From contig NC_043005.1 in NCBI RefSeq assembly GCF_006345805.1, forward strand, positions 47,244,001-47,308,000: 64,000 nucleotides of DNA, written 5' to 3'. A program made the translations under genes and the position numbers. The DNA is from Octopus sinensis. Lineage: Eukaryota. Under the pieces are notes generated by a model. The model was not told the origin of the DNA. It made no database searches and was given only the letters and a program-made list of their open reading frames with translations. Of the stretch, positions 12,683-24,499 are shown piece after piece (the stretch's first letter is position 1; every line of letters begins with the position of its first letter).

Positions 12683-13429
12683 ATATAAACGCAACATGCG
12701 GAAAAAAGGACGATAGCACGACAACGGCAAACACGACAAAACAAGATACACGGATCATTCGCAGCCAATTGCCTCATCAGTCGGAGTCAGGAATGTCCAC
12801 ACAGTTTCGCCCACTTCTCTCCGATTCTCCTCGAAACTGGTTGGGCCAGGGATTTAAGCTAAAGTCTTTAAGCCTCTAGACAAGACAAACGAATATACAT
12901 ATACGAAAATAAATAAGTAAACGATAGAAATGTTTTTTTCGATTATCAGACGAACGTTACGTATGAAATAGAATTAAACATATACAATGGACAAACGCCT
13001 TTTAGCCATACAACAAAGGGAAAATAATTATACAATTACAACAACAATAAAACAAAACAAACAGGGTATTTCGATTAGTGTAGTAGGCTAGTGCAAGGGA
13101 AATGGAAATGGAAAAATCTTAACAGACCGGGAGGCAGAACAGACGCGACCGACCTCAAAAGCGGCCGGCCGAAAAAGACGTCAATGCCTGAACCGTACAG
13201 CGATCACGTGGTAGGGGAGGAATTGAAGAGGGCAGAAGGACTAAAGAAATAGAAAAGAGAGGAAAGAAATCAGGAGGAAACTGAGAGAGAGAAAAAGGTA
13301 CAAGGGAGGTAAGTGAGGAAGGAAAGCAAAAGAAACTGAAAAATAAGAGGGAAGGGAAAGAGATAGATAGAGAGGGAAAGGGAGAAAAAGAGAAACAGAG
13401 AGAGACGAGGAAGGAATAAGGAAGAAAGG

Positions 13430-13652
13430 CGAGGAATAGAACCCTCAAATATGATACGACAAGCACTTGACTGGAACACGTAGGGGAAATGGAGGCGAGA
13501 ACGCTGAAGCAGATATGGAAGCGGAGCATTTTGGACGAGCTCAGGACCACCAGCCTGATATGGGAAGCAGCCAAGACACACACCAATGACCGCAAAAAGT
13601 GGAAAACAACTGTTGAGGCCCTATGCTCTACAAGGGGCAAAAAAGATTTAAA
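13430..13652 (+). mobile_element. RTE-clade LINE 3' fragment
   Basis: IRQALDWNT*GKWRR.../QIWKRSILDELRTTSLIWEAAKTHTNDRKKWKTTVEALCSTRGKKD matches the typical RTE C-terminus (ALDWNPQG.R..GRP..TWRR...DR..WR..VEALC). Confidence 0.8.
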
Positions 13653-14173
13653 AAGATATATATATATATTCTTTTACTTGTTTCAGTCATTTGACAGTGG
13701 CCATGCTGGAGCACCACCATATATATATACATACATACACACATACACATATACATAACTAAATGTAGGGAGAAGCAAGTTAGATCAAATTATAAAGTAT
13801 ATTAAAAATACGGAATACAAGCAGTGTATGTATTTACAGAATGCAAATGATATAGAAAAATTCACAGAATACAAATGATATAGAAAAATATTACAAATCT
13901 AACAACTGTTTCTGATCCTGGCAGAAATTTTTCTCGTTTGAGAAAAACCCAAGCATATTCGGTTGGAGGGGGTGCTTGAGTTAGTTCAAAGCTTCGTTGC
14001 GCGGTCTTTCCTCTTGTCCTTGATGACTTGGGATAACAATTGGCCCTTTCTATTATGTATGACACTACTATACTGTGGAGTCGACAAAAGCAAAAACAAT
14101 CAATGCGTGAAATAGAAAATAAAAAATGGCGACTGTTTACCTATCACTATCTGTGTGTATGTGTGTGTGTGTG

Positions 14174-14235
<62 letters not shown>

Positions 14236-14244
14236 CATATACAT

Positions 14245-14580
14245 TTGTAGTAAACTCTTCCGTTGAGGTAAGATTAGCGAAAAGTGTACTCCGTCTAGCG
14301 AGAAATAAATATAATTTAAACGCAGCTCGCTTACATATCCGTGGTCACTCATATATTTATGCCCGGAATACCGACACTGATGAAGGCAATAGGTAATATT
14401 TTTATAATTTCAAGCCCGAAACACGATCGTGTACACGGTTAACCAAAGTTTTAATTAATTTCCTTTCTTCAGCTAGCCTATTATGTTTTTCTCGGTGGCA
14501 AAAGTATGTTTTCTATGGTGGCAATAGTGTCTTTTGGCGTCTATTTTTCAGTGCGTGGTGAGGCACTAGCCAAACACATT
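14245..14580 (+). mobile_element. Penelope-like terminal repeat remnant with hammerhead-like motif
   Basis: CTGATGA-AGGC...GCCC-GAAA-CACGATCGTG-TA at 14377-14433; flanked by TA microsatellites. Confidence 0.5.
14370..14440 (+). ncRNA. Hammerhead-like motif, partly decayed (stem I imperfect)
   Basis: Canonical CTGATGA and GAAA cores, perfect palindromic stem III ACACGATCGTGT, GUA triplet; ACCG/CGGT pairing of stem I is offset. Confidence 0.45.
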
Positions 14581-14631
14581 TTATAACTATGTATATAATC
14601 ATAAAATATTATATTTATGTATGTATATATA

Positions 14632-14663
<32 letters not shown>

Positions 14664-14687
14664 TATATTATATATATATTATATTAA

Positions 14688-14968
14688 ATTAGAGACAAAA
14701 CCACTATTAGGCAAATCATACAATGAAAAACTTAAGCCAATACATAAGATTATTTAATTTATATTATTTAAATATATAACAAAATTATTTAAAATATAAT
14801 TAATATATCACTACGATCGTTTCATGGCTGTTAATTTCTTTAAATTTTCAAGTTACAGTCATTCATCAGGTGGTTTAAATATTTATCTTGGCGAGGTTTA
14901 CTATAAAATTGGATTCAATCCTAAATCTGATTTTTCCCTGTAAGTTTGGATTTATTCCCTAATATTTA
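14688..14968 (-). mobile_element. AT-rich Penelope-like terminal repeat carrying a hammerhead
   Basis: Contains the 14807-14874 motif; bounded by TA microsatellites. Confidence 0.5.
14807..14874 (-). ncRNA. Type-I hammerhead ribozyme motif
   Basis: Minus strand: CAC-CTGATGA-ATGACTGT...ACAGCCAT-GAAA-C GATC G-TA-GTG. Stem I 3 bp, stem II 7 of 8 bp, palindromic GATC loop III, GUA triplet. Confidence 0.65.
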
Positions 14969-14985
14969 TTATATATATATATATA

Positions 14986-16498
14986 TACTGAACTACAAAA
15001 GAAGCGTCGCACTGTAAAAGATTATTTGTTTCACGCACGATATTGAGTTTATATGGATTTTATCACATTTTTAGGTAATTTGACATCAGGAAGATGTCAC
15101 TGACTCATAACACCACTCTTTTTTGAAAACACAAGGATTGCATGTAAGGTTCGAACTAGCTCACTTTTCGTGAACTTGGTAATGCTCGCCAATGCATCTT
15201 TATGAAAAGCATGATGCACGTGCAAAATGTTGACTCATCGGATATAAACCAGCCTGTCATTCGTTTCTCGAAAGCAACAAGCATGCCAATACTTACACGA
15301 AATCAGAGGGAACAAGCCAACGGACGTCTCCATGCCGATCAACGTCCATGGGTCATTGCTAATGACTTGAACTGAAGTACTCGGACAATTGAGCGGCTGA
15401 GGGAACGATACAATGCCACGAACTGAACCGATTATCGTCTACGCAGAGGCCGACTGAGGGTTACAACGGCACGTCAAGATTGCCATCTTCAGCGACAGTG
15501 CTTGCAGGACCGATTCCAGAGGGCAACAGAAACAGCTAGGCAGATCATAGGGACTCACCACAGAGATTTTTCAATCTATCTTGTCTGAGATCTTTTAATT
15601 CATCTTGTCGATGTCAGGCTAGAGGCCCATCCTCACGAATCGACATCGACGGGCACGTCTGCAGTGGACTCAAAAACGTCAGAAATGGCGGCATCAGAAG
15701 TGGAGACTGTAGTCTTCTGTGACGAAAGTCGATATTGCATTTCTGTGGCAGATGGCAGAGCCTGGGTTTGGAGAAGTAGGGGTGAACGTCATGCCAATGG
15801 CTGTGTAGGTTAGAGGGACTCATGGGGAGGACAGATCACCATGGTATGAGGTGAGATTGCACTCAACCAGAATCTGGATCGGTGGTCTTCCAAAACACCG
15901 GCCAGGGTCGGGGCAATGTAGTAACCGCTGCTCGCTACATTGACCAAGTGTTGAGGCCATACACTGTGCCATACTTTGCCTGTCATCAAAATCGCGTGTT
16001 TCTACACGACAACGCCCGTGCCCATACTGCCAGGTTTACAACAAACTTCCTCCAACAGTACAACATCCAGACACTGCCATGGCCTGCTCTAAGTCAGACT
16101 TGAACCCCATTGAGCACATGTGGGACGAAATCCAAAGAAGGTTAAATGACATCCGACCAAGGCCGACAACTTCAGCGCAACTCATTGCAAGATTTAACAG
16201 TGTGGGCTGTTATCCCCATGACCTTCATCAATCGATTGGTGTATTCAATGTACAGAAGATGTCTGGCGGAAATCAACGCTAACAGTGGTCACACGAGAAA
16301 TTGAGTTCATTTCTTTGGATCCAGGACACTCTGTCATCACGTGATACCATGTGACGTCAAACATGTTTCAGGAAATGACGTTTTATCATTAGGAAAGAAC
16401 GGTTTCTTAATTAGCACTCTTCTATCAATGCTATGGCAGTCTGTTAATAAACCGATTTCTATTTAGTATGTGAGCGACTTTTCTTTGGTGGTTCATTT
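14986..16498 (+). mobile_element. Full-length Tc1-like (DD34E) DNA transposon, decayed
   Basis: Imperfect TIRs (TACTGAACTACAAAAGAAGCGTCGCA vs reverse complement AAATGAACCACCAAAGAAAAGTCGCT), inserted in (TA)n; transposase remnant inside. Confidence 0.92.
15283..16303 (+). pseudogene. Tc1 transposase pseudogene
   Basis: MPILTRNQREQANGRL..., GRLRVTTARQD, VFCDESR, FLHDNARAHTAR, LPWPALS/DLNPIEHMW; 34 residues between D2 and E; in-frame stops and frameshifts. Confidence 0.9.
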
Positions 16499-16752
16499 TA
16501 TATATATATATATATATACCTATATACATGCCTAGGCGCGTATATGTGTATAAAAATATAAATTTATTGCGTAATATATGGATTCATAGAATCGTGTGGT
16601 TGTCACAAGAAGCTCCTCTCGCGTACTTGGCTAACAGACCATATAGTAATCCAATACTGAGGAATATAATGCAGAGTTCCATGCAACTGAAATCCAGGAG
16701 ATCCGATTGATGAAATTATTTCATTGAAAGTACGTAATCCCTAAAATGTTTA

Positions 16753-16942
16753 GAGGTATAAGAGGTGAATATATTTATTTAACCATTTGTAATCCTTATG
16801 ACTCCGCCTTTTTCGCAGCCTTCTTCGTGTAATAATACACTGAATATACACTGAACTTATCATTACATGAAGTAGACAGTGATACGGTTGTAATCCTATG
16901 GATGACAAGTGTTTAAATAAATACATTCACCTCTCATACCTC
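16753..16942. mobile_element. Fold-back / MITE-like element
   Basis: ~49-bp inverted arms 16753-16801 and 16894-16942 (GAGGTATAAGAGGTGAATATATTTATTTAACC.. vs reverse complement GAGGTATGAGAGGTGAATGTATTTATTTAAAC..). Confidence 0.6.
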
Positions 16943-19900
16943 CTGACCTTTTTATGGTTTATGTGTGTTTGTGTTTGTATGAATATCTCGTATTCACTTC
17001 GCTTGACTTTGAGGTCATTAAGTTTTCGTTGAAAAAGTATATAGACAAATCTGTTTTCCAGTATATGAGTTTTCCAGTATATGGTCTATATGCAACGAGG
17101 TTTTTCTTGAATGTCTTATATTCAACTTAATTGCAGGTTTTAATTTGTATTTGCGCAATATATTTCTTGCATGTTATCTATACGGAAAATATTCATTCTT
17201 GATCAACTGGGAAATTTAATTCTAGCAGACTAGTACCCTAACTAAGAGCAGGGAGAAATGTACGACTCTTCCGCTTTATGCTATAAAATTAAAGTCAAAC
17301 ACTAGTTTTGATGAGGCTCTGGGGGTTCTGAAGGTATTTAATTTACTTTTATATTGTTCTATGATCACCATCTCACAATCAACCAAATGTAATTTCGTAA
17401 CAGGCGGTATAAATAACTATGTCTCTATAGTAAGAACACGATTGCCTTCCCTGTAGTGTAGTGAGGCTATAATAATTACTCAGTAGGTGGTGTTGACAAC
17501 AATTTAATCTTTTAGTCTCTGTCCTACCGCACTTTAGTTTATATTTCTTATCAAATTAGGTGTCACGTTTTTGTCAGTAGTATCCATTTATGACAAATAT
17601 TTAAACAAAGATTAAACAAAAGAGATTTATTTCTATGTCTAAATTGCTTTTACTGAGCAATTAGACATGAAACTTACTACATTGATAGAGAAATATATTC
17701 TACTTAAGTTTTAATAGCTGATAATAATTAGTTGCACATTCAACACCTGCAGGTTTTATTAGTGCCTTCATCGAAAGCATTAAACAAAACTTGCCATTCT
17801 TTTATGATTCTTCCAAAGTTTAGTCTTCCAACAAGCTTCTTAATGTCACATCAATGCACCAGTGTCCCCCTCCATCCAACTTTATTAATGCCAATATGTG
17901 TCTCTTAACTTCCTTGATACAAACTGTTGTAATATTGTTGTAGTTCACAGAATGGTATATTTATTGTTAGCTATCATATGACCTGTGTTTGTTTATAGGA
18001 TGTATATATATTAATTTTCAATTTCCTATGAAACTTTTTCTTCGTCGTGCTTTCCTAAACGGTCGAAAACAAAAAAGGAACCAGCCTCTACGTTTGTTGT
18101 TAGTTTATATAAGTACGTGCATCACTCCTGTAAAATCTTTCCCCATTATACATTTCCATATTTAATGCGATGTATAATGATCCCATAGCAGTTTTCGCGC
18201 CAAACCTTTTCAAACATTAAACAAAGAACTGAAAGTAAATGCTTTTAGCAAACCTTGGTCAGACACAGAATAAAGAACAAATATTAAATGCTTTTTAGCT
18301 CTATATACAATTTTTATATCAGTAAGGTAACAGCAACGGTAAGGGTCACGTGCCCTACAATATTTAATCTCGTTCTTTTGAATTCAGATTTTTTAAACGC
18401 CATGGTGCTCGATAAAACTAGCCCTAGTAATAAGGCTGACATTATCATAGCTTAAGTTTCCATTGCCCTACTCAAAGTCAGTTTTATCCTAATCTAAATC
18501 ACCTAATGACATCAGTAATATAAAGTATAAGGTTCCAAGTAGCAATCGAGATGAGGTTGCATAAACTAGTCTTATATTAAACTTAAATTTATGGCACTCA
18601 CTGCCCAAGTAGCAGTATTATTTTTTCTGTATATGATTGAGTGAAATCTGATTCTGTATTTTTCATGATTTTCGAAAGGTCTATATTCATTTATGTAAAG
18701 TGAAAATATGAAACACTGTGTCTTGAACTTGAGTTGCTGAAGAATATAGTTTTATTTCACAGTACTCATCATAGAAATCAATGGCTATTCATTATTAAAA
18801 AATTGATCCTGGAATTATTATAGAAGAGGAAAGCGGGACTCGTAACTCAATCCATTTCTAGCAGCATAACGGTGTAGACGAAATGAAAGTTCCCAAGCTC
18901 GGAATGGAACAATGTTTAACTGCACCCAATAATGCTGCCAGAGGCTTCTACCAGCTCGCTTGATCTGCTAAGAATAGCAGGAACAAAAATTTTCCTGAAG
19001 CTACTCTATCTTGAGAAATTAAACGAACAGTTGATGATGTATTCCTAGATATGATATGGCTGAAACAGAAAGAAAAGAAAAGAAAAAAGAATAGTCAAAA
19101 TGGTAATACTTTTGATCGTAAATGTACTCATCAGAACTGACTTGCTGTTAAACAACAACAACTACAATATATCCCTGTGCAATTACAGCTTTGGACTTGC
19201 TATGAGGTCAAGTTTCGTTTGAAAAGGGATATCGTCTTTTGAGTCATTCTTCTGTTTTTGCTAATATTTACTTTATCGACTCTAACACTGATGAATTAAT
19301 AAACTCTTATTATCAGTAAAAAGCGAGAATCAAAACTAGATATCTTAATGCCTCTAGGCTTGTTCTCTATTATCCGTACAATTTCCACACACATGCATAT
19401 AATATTACAATATAATATTCTTTTTGTGTATTTAGCCTTTATCGTGGCCACTGGCAATATTTCTCACTATAAGTCGCAACGCATATTAACGAGTTCCTTT
19501 AAATATTTTAAAGATTTACATGGGAAAAAAATGTTACATGTTGTATAACTATATAACTAAAGTGACGAACGTCATAGACTAAAGTGCAAGTGTGTTTCAA
19601 TTGCCGGTTGAATTCCTTTCACGCTAACTATTGTTCACACATTCATAACTGAGAAAAGTATGAATGCCACAACTGTCTTTATAATGAAGTTTACTGTTGT
19701 TATTTAGCTCCAGGTCAGCTATGACTGAGCAAACTGACAATCAAAAGCTTCTCGGCCGTGATCATCTCTTCCTCTTGTGTGACATGAACTACAGCGTCCT
19801 TTGTATTCTATTTCAGATGGTAGAGTGTGGATTCAGAAATATTTGGTCGCTTTTTCTAGCAGGTCACAATGAATATATAGAGGCTTAATAATTTGAATTA

Positions 19901-20327
19901 AAAGTGTACCTGGGGTCACAAAGGTATAGTGAACAGTAATCACAAAGAAAACTAGGTTTACAATCCATTCTTTTTCGATTCTGAAGTGTAACCAATTTAC
20001 TTTCTTCTCATTATCAATCGTATTTAAAAAAGCATGAACATCTCTGAGTCTCATAGTTTTGAAATTCAGTTATTGTCGTATAAGAAATATAAATTATGAT
20101 TTGAGAAATGCTTGAAATAAGTATCAGATATGTTCTTCCACATACAAAAACCTACTGGAGCTACAAATGATGTTGCAGATTCTTCGCTTAATGATGACTA
20201 AATCTATTGAAGGTGTTGGAAACCCTTCTGTATGATAAGCAGGTATTTTAGGGCCACAGGCATTTCGCCACTTAACATGTTCGCTTCACCTGAATGGACC
20301 AGGTAGGTCTCTTCGCCGACACAAAAG

Positions 20328-20380
20328 TCTCTTCTCTGGAGGAGAGATCTCTTCTCTGGAGGAGAGATCTCTTCTCTGGC
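20328..20380. repeat. 20-bp tandem repeat (about 2.6 copies) of a near-palindromic unit
   Basis: TCTCTTCTCTGGAGGAGAGA at 20328 and 20348, partial copy at 20368. Confidence 0.9.
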
Positions 20381-23017
20381 AGATGGGTTATCTCTCAAAT
20401 ACAACCACTTAGAACTGCCTTCTCCCCTCGGTATCTCCTTGGCGAGGTTTTTTGGTTACTCGGGTTTCAAATTAATCTTTTGTGCTAAATAGTGCATCGA
20501 TCTTGCTGGAAAATCGCAGTAGTCAACTGTAGTAAGGAATGATGTAGTGTGTTATTTTCGGCTTTCTTCTCCTCCCATGTTATTGTGATTTCTGGCTTGT
20601 TACTACTTTACTAACAGTCTCCGGGCTTATTTACAGATATTATAAATAAGCTTATAATTAATATTTTATTTATTTAAATATTTTATGTAACAGTGTTGAC
20701 TGTGAAGCAGCGGTTAAATTCGCTTTTCCGATTATAAATTTATAACGGTAAAAAGGAAAAGTTAATCAGTGTTTTGGGAGTAAATTAAATTGGTATTGTT
20801 CAATACTACAAAAAATCTCATGTTCTTGATCAAAAACCTCATTTCTTTAAACCGAGTCCTTTATTGATTTTAGATAGCAGTTGTAATATACATGTATAAC
20901 TTGGTATGGGAATGAGACTCAAAGAATTGATGAGAAATGCAAGCTGGAATCCCAGTACCATTAACAACAGATAGCTGAATTCAACTGTAAACAATGCCTC
21001 TGATTGAAGAACTAAGTCCCATTGACGCATTTTTCAAGGACTTTTATTTTTGAGCCTCCTATTAAAAAGTATCCATCACATTAAGGTTAGAATGCTGCTG
21101 CTGCGGCTGATGACAATAATAATGATGGCGATGCTGGTGATGATGGTGATGGTGGTAATATTGATGATGGTGATATAAACTGCGATTACATTAACAGCAA
21201 AAATTTCATGTGAATTTCCTCTGTGGCTAATATCATTTGTTGGAAATGGCGGATTACTTCTGGATACGACTGTTTTTGCCTCCTCAAATAGATCGGTTAA
21301 TAAAAGTTTTACGTCAATACTTTTCTTTTATATTATGATCTCCTAAAAGTATGCTTTCCTTTCTTGGGAGACCAAGATAAGGTTGCGAACGTCAATCGAA
21401 GACATTCATTCCCATGTAACCAATAAAGTTAACTAATTGTCTTCTTCGCTACACAGCAAACCGACTGATTTTATCTTCATTCTGTCCCTACCTCTAAACT
21501 ACTTTTTTTTTCCTTCCTGAAAATGAAATACATTTTTACTGCCGAGTATTCTATGCTGGGAACAGCACATGCTTCTCACTATTGAAGTTTACAACTCGTC
21601 TGATGGATAGTTTATCTCTGATGTCCAGCTAATGTCCGGCAACTCATTCGAATTGTTTTTGTTTGTTTTTTTCGCCTTTTATTATTCGACCTTTGTAGCA
21701 AACATCACATTTCTCATTTGTTGTTTTTCGTTTTCCTGGCCTTCTTTTTACTTTCTTACTTTTACTTTATCATTTATCACTTATCCTGATTCCATTTTTA
21801 CATTTATTTCTACCAAAAACTAATATATCCCAGGCATTAAAATAAAAGCTTTCGTTTTATTTTCTGTCTATGATTTTTTTTTATTTCATCTCTTCTTTAA
21901 GATACATTCTAACAATTTCTTCTCCGTTTCTATTTGGCGATGAAAAATGAAATACTGGTTCATGAACTTGGTGATCTTATCCAAAACGTAAGTGGCCACT
22001 GACGCATATTCATCTAGCAGGCATTAAATTGGTTTTATCGATATAATTCTCTCTTATTTGCCCTTGAGAGATAGCTTTGGCGATGTAATCCTATAAAACT
22101 TGCGATGGGCTTCCGTCTAACTTTGCAAAGCAACAACGTGTGACTGTGTTTGTGTGTGTGACTGTCTGTATGCGTGCGTGTACGCGCACGTGTGGGTGTA
22201 TTTATGTACGTGTACATGAATAGTAGACGGCAGTATTTCTTTCTCAGATGCATACTTTAAACTCGGTGTTTGGTTACTGATATCAGCAGCGATACGATTG
22301 TAAGCATTCGGAAATAGACAAGTGTGTTTGTAGACAACTGCAGCACGAACGATGAGAGATGACTGCTGGCTGACATCAATGAATACCGCTCAGCTGATAG
22401 AAAATGGAAAAGATTGTTTCTAAACATGACATTCCTATTTATCTTGGTCGTTCGATTATGACAGCAGGCAATAGCAGTTCATATACCACATGCAGAGAGA
22501 AGAATGAACAAGAAGAAAAAAACTGTCGACGAAAACTATAAAATGACGAGGAATCGTGGTTAATAAATAGCGGGGATGTATTAAAGAAAAAAAAAAGAGA
22601 GAGGGAAGAGAAAAAATAAGAAAACTTTTTGTCTATATAAGTGTGGTTACGAGGATATTTATGTTCTAAGAGGAAAAGGAAGCGCATTATTAATAAAACA
22701 AAAAGAAGCGGCGCCCGAGAAAGTGTTTGGCATGAAAGAAAGTATATAAATGAATGAAGGAAACCGAAGAAAGAAATAGTGTGAACCATGCAAAAATTGA
22801 AGAGAAAGTCAGCAGGTGAGAAGAAAATAAGAAAAAGTAGCCAAGAAGTGACACGAAGTGATGTATTGATGGATTAATGGTAGAAGATAGTGACACCTAC
22901 GTTAGAACGTGATATGTAATTACGACACCTTTCTCCTAAACTGGTTAGCAAATATATGGCTGAATACCAAACAGATTTATAGCTTCTCAACCTCTATGCA
23001 TGTTTGTTTGTAAGTGT

Positions 23018-23018
23018 A

Positions 23019-23073
<55 letters not shown>

Positions 23074-23087
23074 TGTGTGTGTGTGTG

Positions 23088-23123
<36 letters not shown>

Positions 23124-23168
23124 GTGTAGGTGTGTGTGTAAGTGTAAGTGTAGTGTGTGTGTGTGTAT
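23018..23168. repeat. (TG)n microsatellite
   Basis: Direct reading. Confidence 0.95.
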
Positions 23169-23770
23169 GCATAATGCATACTTATAGCTACTGTTCTTTC
23201 AGACTGTTCGCCAATACGTCTCGTTCAACATGCTTCTTTGCCAGTTGGTTTCTTGGCTCATCTTTTAAAATACGTCATGATGTAAATAATATATAGTTTT
23301 GAAAGTTAGAAAACAGAGAAAACAGAAATAATTACTTCGAAAATTACATAATGTTTTCGCCATAAAGATTGTGATTTTCTGTTACGGAATTTAAGCGACA
23401 TCAGACTCATAAATAGAATAGACTGCCTTTTCTTTCTTTTTTGTTTATCTTTTCTATATCATCCATATATGATAATAAAACGAGTAAGCCATTTTCATAA
23501 AAGTTAAATAGTTTTGAATTAAAGAGATACATTTTTTTTTTCTATATTTTCATTTTCGTCTTTTATCTTTCGTTTGCAAGTTGTCACATCATCCGTAAAA
23601 GTGTTCGCAGTGAAATCTAAGAGCACCTGCTTAAATATAATGGTTATCGACTTAGTCACTTGAATAGATAGATACATTTGATTTATATAATGCCAATCTA
23701 ACAGTCTAGCGATATTCATAGAAGAAATATTCCTTACACACCCACACAGACAGTCGGCTGCGCATGAATG

Positions 23771-24046
23771 TATGTATGTGTGTATGTATGTACATGTCTG
23801 TGTGTATACATAGATATGTGCGCGCGTGTGTGTGTATACATATATTTACCTGCGTATATATATACATATATATGTTATGTAATACAGTATAAATATATAT
23901 ACAGACATATGTATGTGTGTATGTATGTACATGTCTGTGTGTATACATAGATATGCGTGTGTGTGTATGTGTATACATATATTTACCTGCGTATATACAT
24001 ACATATATATGTTATGCAATACAGTATAAATATATATACAGACATA
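23771..24046. repeat. 137-bp tandem duplication of degenerate TA/TG sequence
   Basis: Two aligned copies beginning at 23771 and 23908. Confidence 0.9.
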
Positions 24047-24499
24047 TATGCACACATGCAGACAAAGCAACACTCACACACACACGCACACAAGCGCACA
24101 CGCACGCACACACGCACACACATTGCTAACTAGATTATACTTTAGGCTATCGTTTTCAGCATTCATTATCCTTTGTTCATAACTTCATTTTATATCTTTT
24201 TTAAAGAATGTCTGCATTCTTTGCTGTGCAAAAAGTTTTACGTAGTACTTAGTTCCTGGTTTAAAATTTACCATTTGGTGTGGTTATTACAACTTAAATA
24301 AACTTTAAAAATAAAATTGACAATGAATGAATTAAAACGGATCGCACTTGTTGGCAATTTCACCTTCTATCACCTTGATATCCCATCCGTTATATCTGAT
24401 TCTGAATTAAATGTTAATCACTGTAGTCCTTGTTGATGTACTCATTTGAAATTCGAGCTTTATGTCTGGAAACCAGCAGACTACAAATCACATGACGTA

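Noticed and set aside
12745-12790. Minus-strand CTGATGAGGCAATTGGCT motif
   Set aside because: Followed by GCGAA rather than GAAA and has no stem I or III; not a hammerhead.
19817-19862. Exon-like DGRVWIQKYLVAFSS resembling a discoidin (F5/8) or Tc1 segment
   Set aside because: Too short for a domain call, with a weak donor and no supporting neighbouring exons.
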